A DNA stretch of 64,000 nt, from positions 2,240,001 to 2,304,000 of the forward strand of contig CAVYGB010000008.1 in NCBI GenBank assembly GCA_963767925.1. Direction: 5' to 3'. The translations under genes were made by a program, and so were the position numbers. This DNA comes from an uncultured delta proteobacterium. Lineage in GTDB: Bacteria > Myxococcota_A > Polyangia > Fen-1088. How positions within the stretch are numbered: the first letter of the stretch is position 1; every line of letters begins with the position of its first letter. Positions 9,840 through 18,904 of the stretch are shown in pieces. A model generated the notes under the pieces. It saw only the letters and a list, made by a program, of their open reading frames with translations, made no database searches and was not told where the DNA came from.

Positions 9840-11411
9840 ATGACCAAACTTACTGGTCTCGCCAAGGCGATGCTCGGGCTGCTGGTTGGCGGCGCCCTGG
9901 TTGCAGCCGCCTTCACCCATGGGGATCGTCTGAAGGCCCTCATCGGGAGCGTGGGCGGCAAGAAGCCAGCGACGACGGCGTCCCCCGCCCGGGAGCGACC
10001 GCCCGGTCAGATCGTCATCGGGCTGTGCGAGTGGCCCGGGCAGATGCCCTTCGTGATCGCGAACGGGGGCCTCACCACCCAGGCCGGATCGGCCGCGGCC
10101 AGCGAAGGCCTCGACATGAAGATCGTCTTCATCGATGACCCGGTGAAGAAGAACCAGGCCCTCCTCGACGGCACCATCGACGTGGTCTGGTCGACGGTCG
10201 ACGAGATGCCGATCACGATGGCCACCTACCGCACGGCCAACGTGGCGGTGAAGGCGTTCATGCACCTCGACTGGTCCCGGGGCGGTGACGCCTGCGTGGC
10301 CAGCGCCGAGATCAAGTCGGTCGAGGATCTGCTCGGCAAGAAGGCAGCCACCCTCCTCTTTTCGCCCGAGCACACCCTGTTCGAGTTCATGATCACGAAC
10401 TCCCGCCTGACCGCCGCCCAGATGGCGCGGGTGCGCGCCGACGTCAGCTTCTCGCCCGACGATCCGCTGCACGCGCGACGCCTGTTCGTCGAGCGGAAGG
10501 TCGACCTGGCCTGCGTGTGGGAGCCGGACGTGAGCCTGGCCATCACCAGCCGTCCAGGGGCCCATCGCCTCTTCTCGACCGCCGACGCCACCGAGCTGCT
10601 CACCGACGTCCTGCTGGTTCGCCAGGAGCTGCTCGACAGCAAGCCGGCGCTCATCGAGAAGGTCGCGCGGATCTGGTTCGCCGGTGTGGCCAAGGCGGAG
10701 GCCGACCGCCCGGCGGCGGCCCGCTTCATCTCCTCGAACGTCCCGCGCTTTCGGGACGAGCTCGGTCGCGAGCAGACCCTGCGTTCGTTCGAGTGGGTCC
10801 GCTGGTCGGATCTCGCCGAGAACGTGAAGTTCTACGGCCTCGACGGGGGCCGGCCGGCCTTCGATCGCGTCTACAACCAGGCCGACGCGATCTGGATGAA
10901 CTATCCGCAGGCCGAGGTGAAGGACCGCTTCGCCCCCGTGACCTTGCGCGACGATCGGATCATTCGCCGGATCTGGGAGACCACTGGCAAGAAGGCGCCG
11001 ATCGCCCGCAACGAGAAGTACCAGGATGGCACCGCCCTCACCGGGGCCGCCATCTTTGCCAAGCCCGTCTCCATCAACTTTCGCGGTGGCAGCTCCGACC
11101 TCGACGCCGAGGCGATGGCCACCTTGAACAGCGAGCTCTTGCCCCAGCTCGAGATCGCCCGCGGCATGTACCTGCGGATCGAGGGGAACACCGACTCGCA
11201 GGGGTCGGCCAGCTCCAACCTCAAGCTCTCGGAACGACGAGCCAAGTCCATCCTGGAATACCTCGTGTCGCGCGGAATCGAGCGCACGCGCATCATCGCC
11301 CGGGGCAACGGCGCCACCCGGCCCATCGCCAGCAACCGGACCCCGGAGGGGCGCGCGCTCAATCGGCGGACCGAGGTCCTCTTCATCCCCTCGAAGCGTT
11401 CCCCGTCCTGA
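9840..11411 (+). CDS. NMT1/SsuA-type substrate-binding domain fused to C-terminal OmpA-like peptidoglycan-binding domain
   Basis: N-terminal TM/signal; EWPG, DWSRGGD, WEPD, FSTADA; C-terminal IEGNTDSQG...NLKLSERRA...NRRTE; RBS aggag upstream. Confidence 0.82.
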   Translation: MTKLTGLAKAMLGLLVGGALVAAAFTHGDRLKALIGSVGGKKPATTASPARERPPGQIVIGLCEWPGQMPFVIANGGLTTQAGSAAASEGLDMKIVFIDDPVKKNQALLDGTIDVVWSTVDEMPITMATYRTANVAVKAFMHLDWSRGGDACVASAEIKSVEDLLGKKAATLLFSPEHTLFEFMITNSRLTAAQMARVRADVSFSPDDPLHARRLFVERKVDLACVWEPDVSLAITSRPGAHRLFSTADATELLTDVLLVRQELLDSKPALIEKVARIWFAGVAKAEADRPAAARFISSNVPRFRDELGREQTLRSFEWVRWSDLAENVKFYGLDGGRPAFDRVYNQADAIWMNYPQAEVKDRFAPVTLRDDRIIRRIWETTGKKAPIARNEKYQDGTALTGAAIFAKPVSINFRGGSSDLDAEAMATLNSELLPQLEIARGMYLRIEGNTDSQGSASSNLKLSERRAKSILEYLVSRGIERTRIIARGNGATRPIASNRTPEGRALNRRTEVLFIPSKRSPS

Positions 11412-11438
11412 CCCGGCCCCGCCCCGCCAGCCAGCGCT

Positions 11439-12383
11439 CTAGAAGAGCGACCAGAGCAGGCTCACAACCAGCGCCCCGGCGATGCCTCCCAGCACGAGAG
11501 GCCGCCACCCGCCGGTGAGCCAGCCGACGCTGGCCTTCGTGGCCGTCGCCGCCCGCACCCTCCAGCCGGGTCGGGAGAAGGCCTGCAAGACGGTCGCGTC
11601 GAGCTTGGCGGGACCGTTCGCGGTGGTCTCCCGGGCGAGGTACTGACCGCCGAAGGTCAACCACTTCGGGGTCGGCGCCGTCACCAGCCTGGGGTCGATG
11701 ACGGTCGAGAGCTCGGTCTCCGTGGTGACCTTCGTGCCGGGGGCCCGGGCGACCGGGGCGGGACGTTTCACCTCGATGATGCCCCGGGCGTTGTCGAGCA
11801 GGGCCGTCGAGATGCTCAACCGCAGGTGCGGGATGCCCTCCTCGTCACTCGGCTCGAGCATCACCGAGTCGAGGGTGCCCTCCCGGATCGTGCCCTCCGC
11901 CTGCTGGACGAAGGTGATACGGACCGGCGAGTGCAGCCGCATGAACGGGAGCCGGGTCGCCAGCCGGACCTCCTCGCCCACCACCGAGGCCTGGCAGCGG
12001 ATGGGGGCGGGCATGCCCTCGAACCAGACATCCACAGGCTGGCGCTCGCCCTCCACGGGGTCGACGAGCTTTCGCAGCAGGTCCAGATCCCGCTTCTCCA
12101 TGTCGAGGAACTCGATCCCCGCGCCGGGGCTGCGCAGGGGGGCCTTCTTGGAGACCTCGCGCACCCAGGCCACCCGCCCCCGCACCGTCCGGGACTGGCG
12201 CGCCAGCGAGAACCGGCAGAATACTTCGCTGCCCGGCTTCGGAAGATCGGCCGCCGAGATGGTGACGAAGACCCCCAGCGGGCTGAGATTTTGCACCCGG
12301 GCCACGACATCATCCAGGCGGCCCGCCGTCTTGAGGAAGATCTTGCTCTGGTAAACGATGCGATGCTGTCGCCTCAGCTCCAT
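11439..12383 (-). CDS. PilZ-domain protein with C-terminal membrane anchor
   Basis: RRQHR (RxxxR) and NLSPLG (NxSxxG) motifs, GRVAWV...GAGIEF; hydrophobic C-terminus. Confidence 0.75.
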   Translation of the reverse strand: MELRRQHRIVYQSKIFLKTAGRLDDVVARVQNLSPLGVFVTISAADLPKPGSEVFCRFSLARQSRTVRGRVAWVREVSKKAPLRSPGAGIEFLDMEKRDLDLLRKLVDPVEGERQPVDVWFEGMPAPIRCQASVVGEEVRLATRLPFMRLHSPVRITFVQQAEGTIREGTLDSVMLEPSDEEGIPHLRLSISTALLDNARGIIEVKRPAPVARAPGTKVTTETELSTVIDPRLVTAPTPKWLTFGGQYLARETTANGPAKLDATVLQAFSRPGWRVRAATATKASVGWLTGGWRPLVLGGIAGALVVSLLWSLF

Positions 12384-13017
12384 CCGGCTCTCTCTCCGAC
12401 TCGTCCAGGGGCGAGAAGGCCCCCCATGATGCCGGAAGTCGGTGGGATGGCAAGGAGGGATACCCGCCTGCGTCGCCGCTGCAATCGGTACCGCCGAGGC
12501 AACTCGGGGGCTATGTCCCGACCGCGGGATTTCACTTGCGTGGGCGGGCGGTTGGCCGACGCCGGGGGTGCAGTTGCCCCTTGCCTTTACCCCTGAGACC
12601 GGTTACGGGTGATCCCAAGGGCCCCTCCCTTGGCAGGCTGTCCGCAGGCCTGCAAAATCAGCGCGGTTCATTGCCGAGTACCCAACGCCGGGGCCCACCA
12701 GGGTCCCCGCGCCCGGGCCAAATTGGGGCAGGATTGGGGGCAAAACAGGCCCCAGATCAGGCCGCAAATCGCCTCAAGTCAGGCAATGACAGACCCGGTC
12801 CTCCCACGATTCTTGGCGGCGCCCGCCGTTACTGATTTTTTCCAGGAACGATACTTGGGAGCTACATGAAACGTGTTCTGCTCCAGCGGGGACGCAGCAT
12901 GATCCAGCTCACAAGACATTCCCAGGTCCGCTCTCAGCCACGCTCCAGTTGCACGCTCGCCGCTCTGTCGCGCGGGCCCGGCACGGAACGCAGCTGAGGG
13001 GCCGGCAAAGGAGCCCA

Positions 13018-13839
13018 ATGCGCCACCGAACGGCCCATACCTCACCCTGGAAGGTGGTCCTTTTCAACCAGTACAACCTGCTGTTCCTGGCGGGAGCGGC
13101 GGCCTTTTCCCTCGCCCTGGCCTCTCGCTGGCCGGTGATCATCGGCGCGGCGGGCGAGGGCCTCTGGCTGTTTGCCGCCCTCACCAGCCGGGGCGTGCGG
13201 CGCTGGGCGATTCGCCACGTGCTCGAACAGGATCGGGCCCACCGGTCCGCCGAGGGCGCCGCGGTCGTGCAAACCCTCGAGGGTGAATATGCCGCCCGCT
13301 GCGAGAGGCTCGAGACCATCGGGTCGGACATCCGCCGGCTGGTCTGGGACCGGGGGCTCGAGAGCGCCCTGTTCGCCGGGGACGAGAACCGTCTCGAGTC
13401 GCTCCTGCTCGGGTTCAGCCGGATGGCCGCCCTGCACCAGCGCCTCTCCCGGTTCGTCGGGACCTCCTCGCCGGGCCAGCTCGAGGAGGAGCTTCTGGGG
13501 CTCGGCCAGTCCCTCTCCAGCGAGAAGAATCCCTCGGTACGGTTCCTCCTCCAGCAGGCCTTGACCATCGCCCAGCGCCGCTTCGATCAACAGGAGCAGC
13601 TCGGCAGTCAGCTCCGCTTGCTGGGCGTGCGAATGGGCACCCTCGAGATGTCGCTCGACTACCTCCGCTCCCAGATCTTCAGCGGTCGATCGAGACAGGA
13701 GGTCTCGGCCGAGATCGCCCAGATGGTCACCAGCCTCGGGTTCCTGATGGAGATGGAGGCCGAGGTGAACACCTCGGTCGAGCGCATCCAACCCAAGGTG
13801 GTGCCCGTCAGCCAGCCCCAGATCGTGCGCGGCTCGTAA
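13018..13839 (+). CDS. Hypothetical membrane protein, two N-terminal TM helices plus long coiled coil
   Basis: ORF 12949..13839 with likely ATG 13018; hydrophobic N-terminus followed by helical Leu/Glu/Gln-rich region. Confidence 0.6.
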   Translation: MRHRTAHTSPWKVVLFNQYNLLFLAGAAAFSLALASRWPVIIGAAGEGLWLFAALTSRGVRRWAIRHVLEQDRAHRSAEGAAVVQTLEGEYAARCERLETIGSDIRRLVWDRGLESALFAGDENRLESLLLGFSRMAALHQRLSRFVGTSSPGQLEEELLGLGQSLSSEKNPSVRFLLQQALTIAQRRFDQQEQLGSQLRLLGVRMGTLEMSLDYLRSQIFSGRSRQEVSAEIAQMVTSLGFLMEMEAEVNTSVERIQPKVVPVSQPQIVRGS

Positions 13840-13844
13840 GACCG

Positions 13845-14633
13845 TCACGGGCCCGGGACCAGGCGATCGTCGGCGATCACGCCTCGGCGCCGCAGCTCAC
13901 GCTTGAGGCCGGCGTACCAGCGGTCGCCCAGGAGGTCGTGCGCCTCGCATTGTCGCGAGATCTCGGCCTGGAGCGCCTCGCTGGGGGACTGGAACATCGA
14001 GCGACAGAGCTGGGGCTCGAGGTTGGACAGCGGCAGGACGTAGCCCTGGACCCCCGGCGTGGTCGCCAGGCAGAGATGCTCCCAGCCCTGGAAGACCGGA
14101 ACCCCGGTCCCGGCTGACACGAGGGCCCGGGTCAGCTCCACCGAGCCGCTGGAGTCCTTGACCCCCACCACGTCTCCCGACCGGCACAGCTCGACGAGGG
14201 TCTCGAGTCCCAGCGCGGTCCCGGCGAGCTTTGGCTCGTTGTAGAGAAAGAGCGGCAGTCCGCTCTCCCGGGCGATGGACCGGTACTGGGCCCGCAGCTC
14301 AACCTCCGAGAGCCCCCGGCCGAAGAGCGGGGGGACCACCACCGCCTCCACAGCCAGCTCCCGGGCCAGTTTGGCCCGCTCGATCACCTCGGCGATGGTC
14401 GGCAACACGATGCCCGCCAGGACCGGCAAACCCCGGGCGAACCGGCGCGTCCAGGTCACCATGTCCCGCCACTGCGCCGCCGACAAGCGCCAGCCTTCGC
14501 CCGAGCTGAGCGCCGGGATCAAGCCGGACGAGGCTGGCCGGACCGATTCGATCAGGCGCTCCACGCTGGCGGCGCAGACCTCTCCGCCGGCAGCCAGGGG
14601 GGTTATCAAAGGGACGATCACATCCTGGTACAC
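13845..14633 (-). CDS. DHDPS/NAL-family class I aldolase, RohR-like retro-aldolase
   Basis: VIVPLITP, LSSGEG, LYNEP (Tyr), VVGVKDSSG (Schiff-base Lys); GTG start 1 nt after the upstream stop. Confidence 0.8.
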   Translation of the reverse strand: MYQDVIVPLITPLAAGGEVCAASVERLIESVRPASSGLIPALSSGEGWRLSAAQWRDMVTWTRRFARGLPVLAGIVLPTIAEVIERAKLARELAVEAVVVPPLFGRGLSEVELRAQYRSIARESGLPLFLYNEPKLAGTALGLETLVELCRSGDVVGVKDSSGSVELTRALVSAGTGVPVFQGWEHLCLATTPGVQGYVLPLSNLEPQLCRSMFQSPSEALQAEISRQCEAHDLLGDRWYAGLKRELRRRGVIADDRLVPGP

Positions 14634-14634
14634 G

Positions 14635-15138
14635 TCAGGCTCCTCCGAAGACGAGGGGAACACGAAGCTGGAGGGCGTTCTGGTAGAGCGCCTCCAGCTC
14701 CCGGGGGAAAGCAACCTCGCCCCGGACCTCCGGCGGCGTGCGGATCGGCAAGTCCACCGCCCCCAGGAGGGTGGGATCGAGGGTGTAGACCAGGGCCCCG
14801 CGCTCGAGGGCCCGCGCCACCAACAGCCGGTGCAGCACCGGGAGGCGCTGCAACCGGCTGTCGGAGGTCGCCAGCCGCAAGGTGCTGTCCTCGTACCCCT
14901 CCCGGCTCAGGCAGCGCAGGCTCTGCAGGCTGTCCATGAACGGGTAGTAGAGATCCTGCACCTCGCGGCTGAATGTCCAGATGATGTCGTCGCAGCGGCC
15001 GACGTGATCCCAGGTCATCAGGATCACGGAATCCCGTCGGCTCGCCACGAAGTTCTTGCACCGGAGCCGCTGGGGCTCGGCGGCCGCGTTCATCCCGAGG
15101 AAGACGCTGTAGTCGATATATTCGCGCTCACTGTCCAT
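14635..15138 (-). CDS. Small DUF6190-like protein, putative RohQ-like cyclodehydratase
   Basis: IDYSVFLGM...RLRCKNF...HVGRCDDIIW...QDLYYPFMD; lies between RohP-like and RohR-like genes, overlapping rohP-like by 11 nt; assignment from recalled family motif plus context. Confidence 0.65.
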   Translation of the reverse strand: MDSEREYIDYSVFLGMNAAAEPQRLRCKNFVASRRDSVILMTWDHVGRCDDIIWTFSREVQDLYYPFMDSLQSLRCLSREGYEDSTLRLATSDSRLQRLPVLHRLLVARALERGALVYTLDPTLLGAVDLPIRTPPEVRGEVAFPRELEALYQNALQLRVPLVFGGA

Positions 15139-16354
15139 ACCGTTGGATCTCCAGCGCGAGCTGCCGCGCGGCCGCCCGGAACATCCTCGGCTCCCGGGCC
15201 AGCGCCACCCGGACGAAGCGGTTGCCCTTGTGGCGCTCGTTCCAGAAGAAGAAGTTCCCCGGCAGGACGTAGACGTCCCGGGCGAGCAGCTTGCGATGGA
15301 AGGTGAGGGCGTCCATGCCGAGCCCCGAGATATCCAGCCAGGCCACGCTGACGTTCACCCGTGGCTTGCAGTCCCGCACCGGCGTGTCGGCCAGGGCCAG
15401 GGCGAGCTCGCTCCGGTTGGTGGTGATGACGTTGCGGACCGAGGCGAACCCGTCGCGCTCCGAGTCACGCAGGTAGCGGGTCAACATGTTCAGAACGAAG
15501 GGCGAGACATTGAGCAGCACGCTGGTGTGGATGTCGTAGATCGCAGGGTACATGTCCCGGCTGCTCATGAGGATGGCGGCCTTGGCGTCCTGGAGCGGCC
15601 AGACCTTGCCGGTGTCCTCGATGACGATGTACGAGACGCCCGACGATTCGAGCAGCTCGTAGACGTCGAACCATTGCGCCGAACCATCCATCAGCGCAAA
15701 CGAGGCGAAGCAACGGTCGATTATCAACAGCTTGCCGTGATCCACGCAAAAACGAACCACCTCCTCGAAGCCGCGACGTCCCTCCGTCAACAGGGTGAAG
15801 CCGGTCGGGTTGTTGGGATCGACGAGGAAGAGCGCGTCGGTCGTCACCTTCTCCCGCAGGTTCTGGTAGATCTTGTCGACGTCGGCGAGGTCGCTCTCCG
15901 GGAGAGAATTCAACGGAATTCGCTGGTTCTTCAACAGATCGTGCAAATTGTCGAAGCAGGGCTCGATCAGCGTGACCGACATCTTCCGTTGCATGAGGTA
16001 CATGGCCGCCACCATGGTCGAGATCGAGGAGGCGTAGGCCAGCAGGGCCCGGCCGGTCTGCAGCGCGGTCGGCTGCCGTTGCAACTCGAAGAACGCGGTA
16101 ATGAAGTCCTGCTCGATGTCCCGCTGCAGGCTACCTTCCGACTCGTACCAGAGGTCGGGGAGGCTCTGGACGATCTGTTGCTGGGTCAGCGATTGCCGCT
16201 GATGGGTGTGGGCGTCGGCGAGGTTGTGGCGCCGGGTGAGAGCGTCGATCTCGTGCTGGGTGATGTCTGCGTGTCGGTCGGCCAGCGGATTGGGAGCAGG
16301 CTTGGAGGGGCGACGGGCAACGGCAGGACGAGAGAAGGAAGAAGATGAGATCAT
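15128..16354 (-). CDS. PLP- and O2-dependent L-arginine oxidase/hydroxylase, RohP/MppP/Ind4 family (closest to RohP)
   Basis: DITQHEIDAL...NLADAHTHQRQS...LPDLWYESE, YASSISTMV, IEPCFDNL, VDPNNPTG, IEDTGKVWP (PLP Lys), HTSVLLNVSPF; AGGAGG 6 nt before ATG 16354. Confidence 0.88.
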   Translation of the reverse strand: MISSSSFSRPAVARRPSKPAPNPLADRHADITQHEIDALTRRHNLADAHTHQRQSLTQQQIVQSLPDLWYESEGSLQRDIEQDFITAFFELQRQPTALQTGRALLAYASSISTMVAAMYLMQRKMSVTLIEPCFDNLHDLLKNQRIPLNSLPESDLADVDKIYQNLREKVTTDALFLVDPNNPTGFTLLTEGRRGFEEVVRFCVDHGKLLIIDRCFASFALMDGSAQWFDVYELLESSGVSYIVIEDTGKVWPLQDAKAAILMSSRDMYPAIYDIHTSVLLNVSPFVLNMLTRYLRDSERDGFASVRNVITTNRSELALALADTPVRDCKPRVNVSVAWLDISGLGMDALTFHRKLLARDVYVLPGNFFFWNERHKGNRFVRVALAREPRMFRAAARQLALEIQRYGQ

Positions 16355-16410
16355 GGAAAGCCTCCTGGGCTGGATGTGAACGGGGGTGCGGCTTTTCCTA
16401 AGCAAGTCTG

Positions 16411-16446
16411 GGTTATAATGCTTCGTATAATCAATTTATGCCACGG
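16411..16446. promoter_or_regulatory. AT-rich element upstream of the rohP-like gene (TTATA-N8-TATAA inverted repeat), likely promoter/operator
   Basis: ggttataatgcttcgtataatcaatttatg, ~60-90 nt upstream of the start, highly atypical for this GC-rich DNA. Confidence 0.45.
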
Positions 16447-16923
16447 AGCGCCTGGGTGTTGGAAGGTTCCAATCGCTGCGGGCGAGCCTGATTCGAGCGT
16501 AGGTGCCTGTACGTAACGTGTGTGAACCATCTACTGCGGGCATCACACGGGTGCTCATGGCCCCGTCGGGGGACCCTCCAGGTGGACCCAACAGCGCCCG
16601 ACATTCCCGGAGTGGGGCACACAACGGTCGACACCTGGGCCCTTGGATCGTCTACCAGAGTCAGGTCCCCCTGCAAAACCGCCGAGCCAATTGTTACCCC
16701 CTACACGTGCAATCAAAACTGAGTCCCCGTGTGGCGATCGCTCGGCCGCTCTCTGTACGTCAGGCCCCGAAGCTGGGCTTTTTCCCCGCCCTCTCTACCG
16801 TCCTGGCGGGAGGCCAGCGTGACGTCGGCTCACCGAGGAAGACACGGCCCTACATATCGCCTCAACGACAATTGCTGAGGACGCCCGACAGGGGACAGCC
16901 CCGAGACGGCGCTCGGCGCGCGG

Positions 16924-17799
16924 TCAGCGGGTGACGAGGGTGCCGACGCCCCTCTCGGTGAACAGCTCGACCACCACGCTATGAGGGGCTCGGCCGTCCA
17001 CGACGTGTACGGCTTCGACCCCGCCCTCGATCGCACGCAGGATGGCCTGGGCCTTGACGGCCATGCCGCCTTTCACCGCGCGCCCCTCCTGCAAGCGGCC
17101 GCCGAGATCGGTCGCCCGCAGCTGGGTCAAGAGCTGCCCGTTCTCGTCGAGGATGCCGGGCACGTCGGTCAGATAGATGAGCTTCTGCGCCTTGAGGGCC
17201 ACCGCGATCTCGGCCGCGGCCACGTCGGCGTTGATGTTGTAGGTGGTCCCGTCGAGGGCGGCGCCGATGGGAGAGACGACGGGGATGTAGCTCTTGTCGA
17301 TGCACATCTCGAGCACGTCCGGGTGGACGGCCTCGACGTCGCCGACCAGGCCGAGGTCGGGTTTACCCGGGCGAGGGGCCTGCTTGCGGGCCTGCAGGAG
17401 CCGCCCGTCTTTACCCGAGAGGCCCATCGCCGAGCCACCCAGCGCCTGGATGAGACCGACGATCTCGCTGTTCACCCGCCCGGTGAGCACCATCTCGACG
17501 ACCTTCATCTCCTCGGGACCGGTGATCCGCTGGCCGTCGACGAACTCGCTCTTCTGCCCCAGTCGCTCGAGGGTGCGGTTGATCTCCGGTCCTCCGCCGT
17601 GGACCACCACCGGCCGCAGGCCGGCCGCCCGCAGCAGCACCACGTCCTGGGCGAAGGCTCGCTTGAGCTCGGGATCCACCATGGCAGCGCCCCCGTATTT
17701 GATGACCGCCCGGGTGCCGGAGAAGCGCTGGATGTAGCGGAGCGCCGAGACCACCAGCTCGCGCTGATTGGCCAGGCTGTCGTCGGAGGTGTCGTTCAT
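16924..17799 (-). CDS. argB: Acetylglutamate kinase
   Basis: VIKYGGAAM, VVVHGGGPEI, FVDGQRIT, GLSGKDG, YNINAD, LTDVPG, GGMAVK, ELFTERGVGT. Confidence 0.96.
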   Translation of the reverse strand: MNDTSDDSLANQRELVVSALRYIQRFSGTRAVIKYGGAAMVDPELKRAFAQDVVLLRAAGLRPVVVHGGGPEINRTLERLGQKSEFVDGQRITGPEEMKVVEMVLTGRVNSEIVGLIQALGGSAMGLSGKDGRLLQARKQAPRPGKPDLGLVGDVEAVHPDVLEMCIDKSYIPVVSPIGAALDGTTYNINADVAAAEIAVALKAQKLIYLTDVPGILDENGQLLTQLRATDLGGRLQEGRAVKGGMAVKAQAILRAIEGGVEAVHVVDGRAPHSVVVELFTERGVGTLVTR

Positions 17800-18893
17800 G
17801 GCAGATGACCCACGAGATCGAGGAGCCCCGAGGTTTCGGGGAGGCCGAACATCAGATTGGCGTTCTGGACCGCCTGGCCGGCGGCGCCCTTGACCAGGTT
17901 GTCCATCGAGGCGAACACGACGGCGATCCGTCGGTCGGCGTCGGCCCTGGCGCCCATCACGACCCGGTTGGTCCCCACCGTGGCGGCCAGGTTGACCTTC
18001 TCGGCATCGGTCTGGCGCAGGAACGGCTTTCCCTCGACGAAGGTGGCCAGGGCCCGCGTGACCGCTGCGTTGGCATCGCCGGCCGCGGCCGCCGAGGTGA
18101 GGCGGGCATAAGCGGTGGCGAGGATCCCCCGGCGCACCGGCAGCAGGTGGGCGGTGAAGACGACCCGCAGGCCCGGGCTCCCTCCCAGGGCCAGGATGCG
18201 CTCGATCTCCGGCGTGTGCTGATGGCGCAGGACCCGGTAGGCCCGGAAGTCGCCGTCCACTTCGGAGAAGGACAGCTCCTCGGTGGCCTTGCGCCCCGCC
18301 CCCGTGGTCCCGCTCTTGGCGTCGATGATGATCGAGCCCGGGTCGACCAGCCCGGCCCGGAGCAAGGGCAACACCGCCAGGGCCGAGACCGTGGGGTAGC
18401 AGCCGGGATTGGAGACGAGGCGGGCGGCGGGCAGCCGCTCGGCCGTCCCGGTCGCCTCGGGCAAGGAGTAGACCGCCTCGCCGAGCAGGCCCGGCTGGCC
18501 ATGGGCGAACCCATACCAGGCCGGGTACTCGGCCGCCGACAACCGGAAGCCGCCCGACAGATCGACGACCCGCGTGCCCGCTGCCAGCGCCCGCGGGGCC
18601 AGCTCGATCGAGGCTTCGGGCGGGGTGCAGAGGAACAGCACCTCGACCTCGCCGAACGCGTTTTTCCCGTCGGCTTGCGAGAGGCAGGTGACCTCGGCGG
18701 CCGGGCCAGGCAAGGCCAGGCGGTCCCCCAGGCTGGCGCCGGCCCACTTGTCCGAGGTCGCCATCACCGGCGCAAACACCGGGTGTCGCGCCAGGATGCG
18801 CACCAGCTCCATCCCGGAGTAGCCAGAGACACCGACGATGCCGGCGCGGATTCGACGCTCACCCACGGACGCCGCGTTCGGCCCTTTGATCAT
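17796..18893 (-). CDS. argC: N-acetyl-gamma-glutamyl-phosphate reductase
   Basis: GIVGVSGYSG, VVDLSGGFR, VSNPGCYPT, DAKSGTTGAGR, HQHTPEI, DNLVKGAAGQAVQNAN; overlaps argB start (ATGA). Confidence 0.96.
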   Translation of the reverse strand: MIKGPNAASVGERRIRAGIVGVSGYSGMELVRILARHPVFAPVMATSDKWAGASLGDRLALPGPAAEVTCLSQADGKNAFGEVEVLFLCTPPEASIELAPRALAAGTRVVDLSGGFRLSAAEYPAWYGFAHGQPGLLGEAVYSLPEATGTAERLPAARLVSNPGCYPTVSALAVLPLLRAGLVDPGSIIIDAKSGTTGAGRKATEELSFSEVDGDFRAYRVLRHQHTPEIERILALGGSPGLRVVFTAHLLPVRRGILATAYARLTSAAAAGDANAAVTRALATFVEGKPFLRQTDAEKVNLAATVGTNRVVMGARADADRRIAVVFASMDNLVKGAAGQAVQNANLMFGLPETSGLLDLVGHLP

Positions 18894-18904
18894 GGCGGGC
18901 AACT

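Noticed and set aside
13845..14633. Annotation as housekeeping dapA
   Set aside because: Has LSSGEG instead of GTTGE, is short, and is coupled to RohP/RohQ-like genes
16421..16431. loxP-like CTTCGTATAAT
   Set aside because: Only part of one arm matches; no second 13-bp arm and no recombinase gene
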